A stretch of DNA of 45,461 nt from Octopus sinensis (Eukaryota). The translations under genes and the position numbers were made by a program. Location of the stretch: the NCBI RefSeq assembly GCF_006345805.1, contig NW_021834712.1:1-45461 (forward strand). The letters run 5' to 3'. A model generated the notes under the pieces. That model was given only the letters and a program-made list of their open reading frames with translations, had not been told where the DNA came from and made no database searches. Below, piece by piece: positions 1 through 13,117 of the stretch (its first letter is position 1; each line of letters opens with the position of its first letter).

Positions 1-1260
1 TCTCCCTCTCTCCTCTCTCCTTCTCTCCCTCTCTCCCTCTCTATCCACCTGTCTATCTATCTATTTATCAATCACTCTATCTGTCTATCTATGTACCTGT
101 CTGTCTGTCGATCTATTTATCTCACCCTCCCTCTCTTTCTCTGTCTCTTCCTCCCTCTCTCTCTATATATATATGTGTACATATATATATACCTGTATAT
201 ACATATATATATATATATATATACACACAAACACATATATATACATATATATATGTATATATATATAATATATATATACACACAAACACATATATATACA
301 TATATATATATATATCATATGAGCGTGTATGTATGTATAAACATGTGTGTGCATTTGTGTCTATTCGTATGTGTCTACCTAGTGTGTATGCCATCTAACT
401 AAAGCTAGAAAGACAAGTTATCAATATGTATTTATATTAGAAAAACTGAAATGATAGGAAATTCTTCTATTTTGAAATTATTTTCATGAAACTGTTAATT
501 ACCAACGTCATCTTCGTTTTTGATGGGACAATAAAGCAGAATGTTAATAAGAAATGTAAACCTGAACATTTTGAAAGGAAATTAAAACGAAAAACAGCCA
601 TGCTTTATAATTTGGAGAGCTTTATAGAAGCATTGTCTTCTGTACCACACACACTGTCACACACACTCCATATATGTCGGGGGGGTAAGGGTGAATATTT
701 GTATGCGTGTATGTATGTGTGTATACGTGTAAACGTATATCACTCTCTTGGGAGCATAGTATCCCCTGTCGATTAGCTCGTATGTATGAGCTTCGTGTGT
801 GTGTATATATATTATATATATATATACATATATATGTGTGTGTGTGTATGTGTGTGTGTATAATATGGTTGTCTCTCTGTCTCTCTTCCCCCCCTCTCTC
901 TCTACATATATATATATATACATATACATTCATGTATATATACATAATAGTATATATATACACGCCACACACAACTATATATATGATATATATGTCTATA
1001 TATATATATATATATATATATGATATATTATATATATATATATTAAAATATATATATATATAGATATATATATATATATACGCATATATATGTACGCATG
1101 TATGTATGTGTGTACGTATGTATGTACAGCTAGACGCATAGTCATTCACACATGCACACGTACGCCTACATGCGTAAAGAACGCGTATTTTATGAAAATG
1201 TGCATGGGATACTGCTCATAAAGTGGAACAATTGCCATAGAATGAAATAGATTTTTCTCC

Positions 1261-1333
<73 letters not shown>

Positions 1334-1644
1334 GAGATAGATAAACAGATAGATAAATAGATAAATAGATGTATACATATATACATATTTATATGTATAC
1401 ACATATATGTATATATATATATATGTAGGAAGAGAGAGAGGGGCTTAAGATGGAAGAGAGAAAGGGAGAGCAAGGGGAAGTGAGGGAGGGAGAGACACAT
1501 AGTTAGATAGCCATATAAACTGTAAGGCTGACAGGGAGCCAATCAGCCAGTCAGACAGACATACAGCCAAAGAGACAAACAAACAGACAGACAGGCACAT
1601 ACACACGGGCATAGACAGATATATACAGATATAGATACGTACAT

Positions 1645-1680
<36 letters not shown>
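1..1680. repeat. Compound microsatellite block: (CT)n, (CTAT)n, (TA)n, (CA/TG)n, (GATA)n
   Basis: Directly visible low-complexity runs. The ORFs here are poly-YI/HT/CV artefacts. Confidence 0.95.
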
Positions 1681-1949
1681 ATACGCAAATGCCTAGGAGG
1701 AAAATGTATTTCGTTCCGTGGCAGAGAGATCAACATCATGAGCAGTAATCGATAAAGATTATTCATGGCATGAATCAGTGTTTCTCGGTGGTCAAAGTGA
1801 CATTGAAATCTCTGTTGGAAAAATTAACATATATCTTGTAAGTTTTCGGTGGGGTCAAAGCTGCTTATTATGACCGCAGAAAAAAGTTGGATGATGTAGA
1901 AATATCGGAATCGCCAAATAAATAAGGATAACGATTTCCTTTAAGGCAA

Positions 1950-2262
1950 ATTTAAATATACCCCGAAGACATATTTCCATAACAAGCCGCATAATTCTGT
2001 AATGATTTGAACTCGCTGTTCTTGTATGATTAGCTTTGTTTGGATGATTGGATTGGATTGAACAGGGATACAGCTGTGTGGTTAAGAATCGTATTCTGAA
2101 AAACAGACTAATTTCCTGCTCTGTTTCCCGGTGTTCAACACTTAAGACAAATGTCTTTCTCATAACGCCGGTTTGTCCAATTGTCATATGCTGTATTTGT
2201 TGCACGCTGCAACACGAAACAGCAATGCATAAATCTAACCCTATAAACACTGCGTTGATATA
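1950..2262 (-). pseudogene. Decayed GIY-YIG endonuclease fragment, probably from a Penelope-like element
   Basis: The minus strand translates as CIAVSCCS..(CNK in another frame)..TIGQTGVMRK...EHRETEQEI. This resembles the PLE GIY-YIG motif IY.I.C..C...YIGQT...R..EH and is frameshifted. Confidence 0.4.
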
Positions 2263-2452
2263 CAATATTTCTCAAAACTGTATTAAATAATAGATAAACC
2301 TAACGTTGCAGTTACACGACTGAACGGCATTTAGGTTGGCATAATTTCAGTGTTTCGAACTCTCGGTTCTATTGACATTTTAGCCCCTACTTTTCACAAA
2401 ACAACGGGCTTTGTATCTTTTACCAACGGGCTTTGAATCTTTTACCAAGGTA

Positions 2453-2654
2453 TAGAAGGCGCTGCTGAAAAGTTCCTGGATTAAAGGGTAACGCGAATGG
2501 CCTGTTTGGAGCCCCGACCTTCCAAGTTCTTTTACAGCGTTTAAGGAAATTGAAGGAAAGCTGCAATAAGTGTATGAATCTGATACGGGGACATGCTAAA
2601 TAAAATCATAATTAACCGATTCTACCGTCAAGAGCTTTTCAGTACCTCCTCGTA
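2453..2654 (+). mobile_element. Internally deleted mariner derivative (MITE-like)
   Basis: Imperfect TIRs TAGAAGGCGCTGCTGAAAAGTTC ... GAGCTTTTCAGTACCTCCTCGTA. The interior encodes RLRKLKESCNKCMNLIRGHAK*, which resembles the mariner transposase C-terminus (KL.ERW.KC....G.Y). Confidence 0.65.
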
Positions 2655-2899
2655 CACGACGAAGTTTTCAAAATGCATCTTTATTGCATTACTTCGGATT
2701 AAAACACTCTCTGCATCAGTAACTCTCATCTTTTCAATGTCCTTTTACATTTAGATCTTCCCTTCTTCGTGAAAGGTACTACTTCTAAATGCAAGACAAT
2801 TTCCACACATTTTTTTTAATCACACACAAATTTCATATTTCGACTTTGCATACGCATTGTTCGTTTGCATATACTGTGTTTTTAAATACTCACCCCTTT

Positions 2900-3176
2900 A
2901 TGTGGCTTAGTGGTTAAGGTGTTGCACTCACGATTTGGAGATCGTGGGTTCGATTCCTAGACCGGGCATTGCGTTGTGTTCTTGAGCAATGCACTTCATT
3001 TCACGTTGCTCTGGGATCATTTTGACATTTGACATATGGCACCCATTGCACCTGTACAAGCAATGTCGATCTGATAGAGGGAGTGAGCTTCTGTCTACAC
3101 AGACATTTGATCACTATAAACAAATCATCTGTGTGATTGTTCAGTAAGAAATTGTCGACCCCCCTACGTCATTGTC

Positions 3177-3178
<2 letters not shown>
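2900..3178 (+). mobile_element. tRNA-derived SINE (family A, CORE-like centre)
   Basis: A box TGGCTTAGTGG at 2903-2913 and B box GGTTCGATTCC at 2947-2957, followed by GTGTTCTTGAGCAATGCACTT. A homologue lies at 19509-19730. Confidence 0.8.
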
Positions 3179-3226
<48 letters not shown>

Positions 3227-3432
3227 ATATATATATATATATATATATATAATGTTACCAGACGTAGTAGATGTTGGCGACTTTTTCCTCCTTCTTTCTT
3301 TTCTTTTCGACTTTCCTGTATATCTATATCTTTCTTTGTATAACTATAAAATGCTTTAATATAGTTTTATACATGACTTGTCCAAGTGTCAATAGAACAT
3401 GATAATAAGTCATCAAGCATGCATTTTCGTTT

Positions 3433-3472
<40 letters not shown>

Positions 3473-3799
3473 TACTGGGAGAAGAAGAAACGAAACGAAA
3501 CGGAACGAATCAAATCGAATCGACGTGAAGGCGCTCAGTCATACAATAGTGTAATAAATCCTCTATCTCTCTCTCTCTCTCTCACTCCTCCTCATCTCTC
3601 TCACAGCCGGCCGAATACTTCCTTTTGCATGCGGCCTTCTAACTGTAAACACACGGTTGTCTTGCGCTCCTTGAATCTCTCCTCGTCTAGGCAAAAAAGG
3701 CCCTCGTTGGTTGTTTTCTTGTGTGTTTTTATTTCTTTTATTGGATTTTTTGTAATTGTATTTTTATTTTGTATTTTATTTTGTAATTTTATTTGTATC

Positions 3800-4170
3800 G
3801 TTTTTACGTCCTGTTTGTGTCACTATTCGTTCTTTCCTTGTTTTTACCCCTCTGCGAAGTAATTTCCTTTAATTTCTTCGCAGGAAGGGCTAGTTCGACG
3901 AGTCGTGTTCTGTCCTCACCTTCGAAACACGCTGGAGTTGAACTAGGGACAGCTGATGAAGTGGATTTTTCCTGTGTAGTTGTCTAGACTCTGTTTTTTC
4001 TTTGTAAAAAAAAAAGTTCGTTCCATGCTTGTTTTTACGTTTTCGTTCTCGTTGGTTCTGCGTCTATCTGTGGTGTCCTGTACTCACTATATATATTTAT
4101 ATATGCATGTATATATACATGTAGATGTAGGTACGTACATATATGTATATATGCATGCATATATTTATTT
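3800..4170 (+). repeat. Interspersed repeat (family F), copy 1
   Basis: Colinear with 39830-40230: TTTTACCCC..TCGC.GGAAGG..CACCTTCGAAAC..CTGATGAAG..GGTGTCCTGTAC..GTAGATGTAGGTACGTACATATATG. Confidence 0.65.
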
Positions 4171-4244
4171 ATTACACTATATATATATATAATATATATA
4201 TATATATACATACATATAAATACATATACATACACACACACACC

Positions 4245-4300
<56 letters not shown>

Positions 4301-4585
4301 CATACACACACACATACACACAACAATTTATATATATATATAATATATATATATATTATATATATTTATTTATTTATTTATTTTTTCCCATAAATGTTTG
4401 TAAAGAGTTAGACAGATAGAAATCTTGATTGAAAGACGGGCACAGGGAGAGAGAGATAGATAGTTTCATAGTGCTTGCATACATTAATTGACAGAGAAAT
4501 AAATAGATCAATAGATGCAGATACACAAGAGTCTGCTTAAGTCATACCTCTGCTATATATAACATATAAAATAATATATATATTA

Positions 4586-4634
<49 letters not shown>

Positions 4635-5001
4635 TTTATGTATATATATATATATATATATATACTATATATATATATATATATAATATATAATACACAA
4701 ATAAAAAGCGCTCCGTAAAAGTAATGAATAATCAAAGATACAACCCATATTGTGTGTATCTTATATTAACACATACAAAGGTCACCGAAGGAATGTGTGT
4801 AATGTATGTCCTTGAATTCCATTCAACACGTGATGATGTAAATATTTATGGATGTTCTTTTTTATGATGGATAGGAAGAAGGGAATAAATGGGTAGAGAC
4901 CCGATTAAGAAGTCGGGTGAAAAAAGAGATATGTAGAAATATACAGTAGACCGAGAGAGAGAGAGAGTTAAAAAGATAGGTAGGTCGACAGAGACAGACA
5001 G

Positions 5002-5147
<146 letters not shown>

Positions 5148-8100
5148 TGTTTCTTTATTAGCCACACAGGGCTGCACACAGACAGGACAAATTACAAGGT
5201 AGAGCTTTTCTTTTGGGGGTAAAAAAAAAGGGGTTTGGTTTTCGATCAAAAGGGATCGTAAAGGGATCGTAAAGAGGACAAAAAAGGGGGGAATAAAATT
5301 TTTAAAAAGGGGGGAGAGAGGACAAAAAAGGGGAAGGAAAAAAATTGATCAATAGGGATCGTTATCACAGAAATGTCAATATGAAGTGTAAAGGGGAGAA
5401 CAGGTGAGGTTTACCCGTGAAAAGAAAAGCCTACGGAAAAGACCACGGTAACCTCGGTGAATGAAGACACATGTTATATTTCTTTTTTTTTTTGCAAATA
5501 AGCAACTCTCTGTATTAATTTTTACGGTTCATAGAATCATAGTCAAGGTGGCTTCGTCATTCATACATGCCATCCTTGTTACATTCACCCATCTTTTTTT
5601 AAAACACGCTAGACAAAACATGCCTCTCTACTCTCACTTTCCTCTTCAAGTGACACTTGAAGAAGTTGATGAGAGATTGACCAGAGAGGAAAGTGTTTGT
5701 CTCCAATCCTTTTAGACGCGTCCACCAGATACATTCTTTCACCATAGCCACAAGGATGATAAAAATAGCTCTTCCTTCCCGTTTGATGGAAGGAGGCGTG
5801 ATGATATTAACGATAGACTCGGCTGATAAACCGACAAGTCCCACACGTGACAGCTGTCGTTCGACATAAGCCCACAGGTCGGAAATTGCTGGACACTGCA
5901 CGAGTGCGTGCAGAGCAGTTTCGTCGCTCTGCCTGCATCTCGGGCAGGTCGGCCCCGTGTTTCTCGAGCCATGCCTATAGAGCTTATCCCGAACGGGTTG
6001 CGCTTCTCGGTAGCACCGCCAGGCCAGGGTTCTCTGGAAGCTGTCCATAGGTCCCGGCCCGAAAGCCGTTTCAAACAGGCGGGTCAGGTATTCCTCGTCG
6101 ACGCCAAGGTTTGCCCCAAGATCGTCGTCGTACCTCCCCTCCACTAATCCCCTATAGAATGCTTTGGTTGTGTTGAAGTCACTCAAGGTCGACCCGGGAC
6201 GGCAGAGTTGCTTGAGAGCAACGCGACACTCGCGGTGCCATTCGCCCTTCCTCGGCCTCTTTTTGATCCACGACTGCAGTTCGGTCATGGAGACGAGCTG
6301 CGGGAAAACGTGGCTCACAAACGGCGACCACACCTGTTCACCGTCGTCTACATAGAGCCGGAGATGTCGCAGTCTCAACGCGTGTCTGCGCATCATCAAC
6401 CACGGCATGCCCATCCCTCCTTTTAACGGGTGTTGACAGCAAATGGATCGCCTGACCATCGGGGCGCATCCTTTCCACAAGAAGCGGAAGAGAATGCGTT
6501 GTAGTTTGGTGATGGTAGGGTCGGGACAAGGTACGACGGTCAGGCGGTAGTAGATGACGGACGCGATGTACGTGTTCGCCACCTCCGCCCGACCTTTTAG
6601 GGAGAGTTTCCTCTCGGCCCATTGCCGGACGAGAGTCACTACCCTACTCGTTATCTCGTTCCAGTTCTTCTCCACTTGGAGGTCCGGACCGAACCAGACC
6701 CAACTCAACCGGGCCGTCCGTCCAGCGTCCCACGACGGTGGTACTGGTGGACGGGATGGGCACTTGCGTCTCCAAGTGCCGAGCCGCAAGCCCACTGACT
6801 TTTCCCGGTTGATTTTTGCTCCTGTCAACGCTTCGTAGTCTTTCATTGTCTCGCCGATCAGCTCGATGTGCTCGTGGCTTGACGCTATGACGGTGACGTC
6901 GTCCGCGTATGCAGACACGCTCGTCCCGCATCCCAATTCTCGCGGGACGCCCCTCCGAGTCGGCAGCTTCCGCAGTAGTGGTCAAGAGTCAATACGTATA
7001 GAAGCGCCGAGAGGGGGCATCCCTGACGGACCGAACGTGCAATGTCGGAAGGTCTCGATAGATGTCCATTTACGCGAATTACCGAACGGATGCCTCTGTA
7101 CAAGGCAGCTATCCAGCCGCGGAAGACGGGACCGAAACCAGCCACTCTCAGGATTGCCTCCGAGTATCGATGGTCTACCCTATCGAAGGCTTTCGATTGA
7201 TCCAAGTTGATCAGGGCCCCACCCATGCCAGGTTCCTTAACTACCCTGTCTATGATGTAGCGCATCAGATGGAGGTTGTCATGGATGCTCCGGCTGGACA
7301 CGGCGCACGTTTGTGCGTTGTCGACCAGTTTCTCGATGACAAGCGCCAACCTCTTCGCTAACACCTTTGTCAAAATTTTCAGGTCTGCATTGAGCAGAGT
7401 GATTGGTCTAAAGTTATCTATAATGTTCCCCTTGTTTGGATCTCTCTTCAGCAGCGTTACGGCTCCTCGACTCACAAAACCGGGTATGCTCCCGTTTTGC
7501 TGCCAGTTGCAGTATACCGCTGCCAAGACGTCTCCAAACAAGTCTGGCATACAATTGAAAAACTCGTAGGGCAGACCAACCAAACCCGGCGATTTGTCCC
7601 TCGAGCATTCTACCATCGCGTCCCGCACATCCGCCGCTGTGATGGCACCTTCACAGCACTCTGCCTCTCTTGCCGAGAGTCGTGGTAGGCTGTGCAGGTA
7701 AGCACTGAAGTCCACCCTGCGTTCACGCTCGCCACTCGTCCCGTACAGTCGGGCAAAGTGCCGCTGAAATGTCTCGCACATCTTGCTGGGCTCGAGCAAT
7801 TCGCAACCTTGTTCATCTACCAGAGACCGAATGGTGGCTTTGTTGTCCTGCACCGCCTCCGCCACCCGGTCCTCTCTCGCGGCTCCAACACCTTCCATCC
7901 TTAGAGCACGCATCCTAGCCCTGACAGCACACCCTTCGTGTTTGGCGTTGAAGTGTTGGTCAAGGGCCAACCTCGCCGCTAAAACGTCGGATGTGATGCC
8001 GCTTCTTATTGCGTCTTCTAACTTCTTAACGAACTCACCCTCCACTCTATTTCTATCTACGGCTAGTGCCTTCTATATCTAATTGCTTCCGCTTTTACTG

Positions 8101-8156
8101 CACTCTTGAGGGCGAACCACCATTTGTTGTTGACAATGGCTCCCGTTAAAGCCCTT
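5148..8156 (-). mobile_element. 5'-truncated L1/Tx1-clade non-LTR retrotransposon, copy 1 (linker, RT, C-terminal zinc finger, 3' UTR)
   Basis: RT motifs KSPGLVGLPYEFF, FRPITLLNADLKIL, LDQSKAFDRVDH, SVRQGCPLS and YADD; CCHC finger CPRC..ET.LH..VQC; 3' UTR ending AATAAAGAAACA. Confidence 0.93.
5529..8156 (-). pseudogene. Disrupted ORF2 (reverse transcriptase) of Tx1 copy 1; the endonuclease domain was lost by truncation
   Basis: Pieces 8156-8070, 8045-6982 and 6981-5610 join through inferred 1-nt deletions near 8068 and 6982 and a 2-nt deletion near 5607. The ancestral stop TGA at 5529-5531 is placed by comparison with copy 3. Confidence 0.85.
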
Positions 8157-8228
<72 letters not shown>

Positions 8229-8307
8229 ATGGATGGATAGATGGATATATGGATCGATCGATTGATAGACAGACAGATAGATAGATAGATAAATATATAG
8301 ATAGATA
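8157..8307. repeat. (GATA)n array separating Tx1 copies 1 and 2
   Basis: GATA units with GATG/GACA variants. Confidence 0.97.
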
Positions 8308-10117
8308 AGTTTCTTTATTGGCCACACAGGGCTGCACACAGATGGGACAAGTTACAAGGTAGAGCTTTTCTTTTGGGGGATGAAAAAAAACAAAAAACAA
8401 TAGAAAAAAAAGGGGTGGCGTAGGTTTTCGATCAAGAGGGATCGTAAAAGGGAAGAAAAGAACAAAAAAAAAACAAAAAAAAATAAAATAAAATAAAAAT
8501 AAAAAGAATAAAAAGAAAAAAAAGAAAAGGAAAAGGAACAAAAGGAAAGAGAAATGAAAAAGAAGAAAAAAGGGGAAAAAAAGGGGAAGAGGAAAAAAAA
8601 AAGAACGATCAATAGGGATCGTGTATCACAGTGTTATGATATATGGTGTAAAGGGGAAAGCAAGTAAGGTTTATCCGTGGCAAGAAAAGCCTACGAAAAA
8701 GACCACGGTCACCTTGGTCAATATTGTTATATGTTACCACATTGGTTTGCAAGTGGGTAACCCTCTGTTTTCAATTTCTGGGTTCATAGGATTATGCTCA
8801 AGGTGGCTTCGTCATTCATACGTGCCATCCTTGCTACATTCATCCATCTTTTTTTAAAACATTCGCTAGACAAAACTTGCCTCTCTACTCTCACTTTCCT
8901 TTTCAAGTGGTACTTGAAGAAGTTGATGAGAGATTGACCAGAGAGGAAAGTGTTTGTCTCCAATCATTTCAGACGCGTCCACCAGATACATTCTTTCGCC
9001 ATAGCCACATCGATGATGAAAATAGCTCTTCCTTCCCGTTTGAAGGAAGGAGGCGTGATGATATTGACGATAGACTCAGCTGATAAACCGACTCGTCCCA
9101 CACGTGACAGCAGTTGTTCGACACAAGCCCACAGATCGGAAATTGTTGGACACTGCACGAGTGAGTGCAGAACGGTTTCGTCGCTCTGACCGCATCTCGG
9201 GCAGGTCGGCCCCGTGTTTCTCGAGCCGTGTCTGTAGAGCTTAACCCGAACGGGTAGCGCTTCTCGGTAACACTGCCAGGTCAGGGATCTCTGGAAGTTG
9301 TCCATGGGCCCTGGCCCGAAAGTCGTCCTGAACAGGCGGGTCAAGTACTCCTCGTCGACGTCCAGGTTTGCCCCGAGTTCGTCGTCGTACCTCCCCTCCA
9401 CTAATCCCCTATAGAATGCTTTGGTTGTGTTGAAGTCACTCAAGGTCGACCCGGGACGGCAGAGTTGCTTGAGAGCAACGCGACACTCGCGGTGCCATTC
9501 GCCCTTCCTCGGCCTCTTTTTGATCCACGACTGCAGTTCGGTCATGGAGACGAGCTGCGGGAAAACGTGCTTCACAAACGGCGACCACACCTGTTCACCG
9601 TCGTCTACATAGAGCCAGAGATGTCGCAGTCTCAGCGCGTGTCTGCGCATCATCAACCACGGCATGCCCATCCCTCTTTTTAACGGGTGTTGACAGCAAA
9701 TGGATCGCCTGACAATCGGGACGCATCCTTTCCACAAGAAGCGGAAGAGAATGCGTTGTAGTTTGGTGATGGTAGGGTCGGGACAAGGTACGACGGTCAG
9801 GCGGTAGTAGATGACGGACGCGATGTACGTGTTCGCCACCTCCGCCCGACCTTTTAGGGAGAGTTTCCTCTCGGCCCATTGCCGGGCGAGAGTGACCACC
9901 CTACTCGTTATCTCGTTCCAGTTCTTCTCCACTTGGAGGTCCGGACCAAACCAGACCCCGAGCAACTCAACCGGGCCGTCGGTCCAGCGTCCCACGACGG
10001 AGGCGCTGGTGGACGGGATGGGCTTGCTTCTCCAGGTGCCTAGTCGCAAGCCCACTGACTTTTCCCGGTTGATTTTTGCTCCTGTCACCGCTTCGTAGTT
10101 TTTCAGTGTCTCGCCGA
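8308..10117 (-). mobile_element. 5'-truncated Tx1-clade LINE, copy 2
   Basis: Closely colinear with 5148-6856. The 435-aa ORF is microsatellite-derived at its N-terminus, then reads GETLKNYEAVTG...CPRCGQSDETVLHSLVQC. A premature TGA sits at 8964-8966 (GGA in copy 1). Confidence 0.93.
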
Positions 10118-10348
10118 AAAGATAGATAAATAGATAGATAGATAGATACATACATACATACATACATACATACATACATACATACATAGAAGGATGGGTG
10201 GATGGATGGATAGATCGATAGATGGATGGATAGATAGATAGATAGATCGATACAAACATACTTACATACATACATAGGTAGATAGATAGATAGATAGATA
10301 GATAGAAGGATGGATGGATAGATCGATAGCTGGATGGATAGATAGATT

Positions 10349-10380
<32 letters not shown>

Positions 10381-10419
10381 TATAGATATATAGATAGATA
10401 GATAGATAAACAGATAGAT
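10118..10419. repeat. Compound (GATA)/(CATA)/(GATG)n array at the 5' truncation point of Tx1 copy 2
   Basis: Directly visible. Confidence 0.95.
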
Positions 10420-10700
10420 GTTGCTAGTCCTATACCGTAAACTTTATCTTATAAGTACCCCCGTAAAAATATTAACGGTGTAAAGTGCAATTACTGCGGA
10501 GGATATCGTCCTGAAGCTCTTCATCCATTCCATCTGTGTGTCAAAAATCATCAAAGTAGACCCTTACATTACTATAGGCGGAAACCTCTTGCTGGAAGTA
10601 AAACTTTTAATATTTCTCTAGAATGTTTGACATGATAGAGTGTCGTAGCAAGTTATTGAGCCGAGTCACAGTACCATCAAATTGGAATGGACTAATTAAA

Positions 10701-10833
10701 TTTCTTCTTTCCCTTTTACGATACCTTTTGATCGAAAACCTACCCCATTTTTTCTCTCTCCCCGAAAAAGAAAAGCTCTACTTTCTAATCTGTCCCTTCT
10801 GTGTGCAGCTCTGTGTGATTAATAAAGAAACAT
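10701..10833 (+). mobile_element. Tx1 3'-terminal fragment (copy 4), followed by (TATC)n at 10833-10942
   Basis: CCCTTTTACGATACCTTTTGATCGAAAACC...GAAAAGCTCTACTTT...GTGTGCAGC...AATAAAGAAACA matches the reverse complement of the 3' ends of copies 1-3. Confidence 0.88.
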
Positions 10834-10835
10834 AC

Positions 10836-10919
<84 letters not shown>

Positions 10920-10959
10920 ATCTATCTATCTATCTATCTATCGATCTGTGTATGTGTGT

Positions 10960-11105
10960 GTGCGTATGTGTTTGTTCCCCCTTCACCGTTTAACAATTGG
11001 TGTTGGTGTGATTACTTAGGAGCTCGGTAAAATGATCGATAGAATAAGTAACAAGGTTAAAATAACAATAAAAAATTACTGGGTCGGTTCATTCGACGAA
11101 AATTC
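10960..11105 (+). mobile_element. Diverged 3' half of SINE family D
   Basis: GTTTGTTCCCCC..CACC..TTGGTGT..CTCGGTAAAA..CGATAGAATAAGTA resembles 31730-31860. Confidence 0.5.
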
Positions 11106-11522
11106 TTCAATGTGGAGCCCCAACTTCAAGAATAATCAGCCGGAATTGCGAGGATAATCTGGTGATTGACTGAGGATAGAAAAGTTCGAATGATCCGTCC
11201 TTGTTTTCTTTGTATTGTCTATCTGGATGTTTTGTTGTCTCTTTTTGTATCACCAGATGTTTTGCGTTCTTGTCCCATTTTGTATATATATATATATATA
11301 TAGCGCCGTACGTAAACTTTGGTCTCTGTCTCTCTCCCACTATATATATATACACGATGGGCTTTCAGTTTCTCTCCACAGCACCTTCTCACAAGGATTT
11401 CACCCAAAGTGACAAGGAAAAAGGCTAAACTCAGGATCACGTGGTCTGAAAGCAAGCTCCATGCCTCACAGATTCGCTCCCGCCTTTGTCTCTTTCCTTT
11501 CATTATTTCTAAAAGGTAAGGC

Positions 11523-11918
11523 AGGCGGCGAGCTGGCACAATCGTTAGCACTGCGGGCGAAATGCTTAGCGGTATTTCGTCTGTCGCTACGTTATGAGTT
11601 CAAATTCCGCCAAGGTCGACTTCGCCTTTCACCTTTCGGGGTCGATTAAATAAGTACCAGTTACGCACTGGGATCGATATAATCGACTTAGTCCGTTTGT
11701 CTGTCCTTGTTTGTCCTCTCTGTGTTTAGCCCCTTGTGGGTGGTAAAGAAATAGGTATTTCGCCCGTCGCTACGTTCTGAGTTCAAATCCCGACGAGGTC
11801 GAATTTACCATTAATACTTTGAGGGACGATAAAACAAGTACTCTGTTGAACCCTGGGGTCGATGTAATCGACTCATACCTTCCATCAGTGTTGCTGACCT
11901 TGTGGCAAGATTTGAAAC

Positions 11919-11919
<1 letters not shown>
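11523..11919 (+). mobile_element. SINE family C, dimeric copy C1, with (ATT)n tail to about 12010
   Basis: GGCGGCGAGCTGGC..GAGTTCAAATTCCGCC (B-box-like). A second internal unit restarts at AATAGGTATTTCG (about 11749). Confidence 0.85.
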
Positions 11920-11984
<65 letters not shown>

Positions 11985-12012
11985 CATTATCAATATTGAT
12001 ATTGTTATTACT

Positions 12013-12226
12013 AAGGCGGCAAGCTGGCAGAATCGTTGGCACGTTCGGCGAAATGCTTACCGGTATTTCGTCAGCCGCTACGTTCTGAGGTCAAACGCCA
12101 CAAGGGTCGACTTTGCCTTTCATCCTTTCGAGGTCGATTGAATAAGTACCAGTCACGCACTGGTGTCGATGTAATCGACTTAATCCTTTCCCCAAAAGTT
12201 GAGGCCTTGTGCTTCCAATAGAAAGG
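12013..12226 (+). mobile_element. SINE family C, copy C2, with (ATT)n tail at 12227-12277
   Basis: Homologous to C1: GGCGGCAAGCTGGCAGAATCG..GTCGACTTTGCCTTTCATCC..GTCGATGTAATCGAC. Confidence 0.85.
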
Positions 12227-12277
<51 letters not shown>

Positions 12278-12777
12278 GAGTGAGAGAGCAGTTCATGCCA
12301 TCAAAGTGACACTGGGGTAATATATACGAAGCCCAATATACCCATCATGACTACCCGTCTGATAAAGGTATACCAGGCACATGCATCACAACCATATGTG
12401 CGCGACATGGTGATCTCATATCAAGATAAACAGCACATGACCTTGCAGGTGGGGCCCAGATAGAATTTTCTTCAGGCTGAGTAGCCCATCCCGCTCAAAC
12501 GATCCCTGAATAAGGGTTGTTTAAGGATGTTGAAAGAACCACCCATGTTTCCAGAGGTGAACTATTCAAACCCCAAAGAATCCCTCTCAACACATGGCTA
12601 TGATGCTCCCCCACTACTTCTACTCGTGATCAGAAATGCACATATCGTCAGCCACTAAGGGACATGCTCAACTGGTTAAGGTCAAGCAACTGACAAGCAA
12701 ATCTGTGGTATTGAGCAGAATATTTGCTGTAGCCCATCTTTTATACCAAGACAAAACAATGTACATGATAACACTTC
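12278..12777. repeat. About 500-bp non-microsatellite insert bounded by (ATT)n on both sides, probably a fragment of another interspersed retroelement
   Basis: Sits between two (ATT)n arrays within the SINE chain. There is no second copy in the window, so identity and orientation are unresolved. Confidence 0.4.
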
Positions 12778-12834
<57 letters not shown>

Positions 12835-13051
12835 AAGAGCACCGAGCTAGCTGAGTCGTTAGCGCGCCGGACGAAATGCTTAGCAGTATTTCGCCTGTCA
12901 CTCGGCTCTGAGTTCAAATACCGCCAAGGTCGAGTTTGTTTTCGTCCTTTCCGGGCATCGATAAATTAAGTACCAGTTGTGTACTGGAATCGATCTAATC
13001 GACTGACCACCTCCCCCAAAATTTCGGGCCTTGTGCCTAGAGTAGAAAAGG
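12835..13051 (+). mobile_element. SINE family C, copy C3, with (ATT)n/(GTT)n tail to 13117
   Basis: Homologous to C1/C2: GAGCTAGCTGAGTCGTTAGCGCGCCGGACGAAATGC..GAGTTCAAATACCGCC. Confidence 0.85.
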
Positions 13052-13117
13052 TTATTATTATTATTGTTGTTGTTGTTATTATTATTATATTATTATTATT
13101 ATTATTATTATTATTAT

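Noticed and set aside
3890-3975. Hammerhead words in family F (CCTTCGAAAC ... CTGATGAAG; also 39950-40020)
   Set aside because: GAAA precedes CUGAUGA, and I could not form helices I and III with an NUH site in type-II topology in either copy.
8964-10271. 435-aa ORF as an intact gene
   Set aside because: The first ~50 aa come from the GATA/CATA array. The rest is a truncated ORF2 lacking the RT core and ending at a premature stop.
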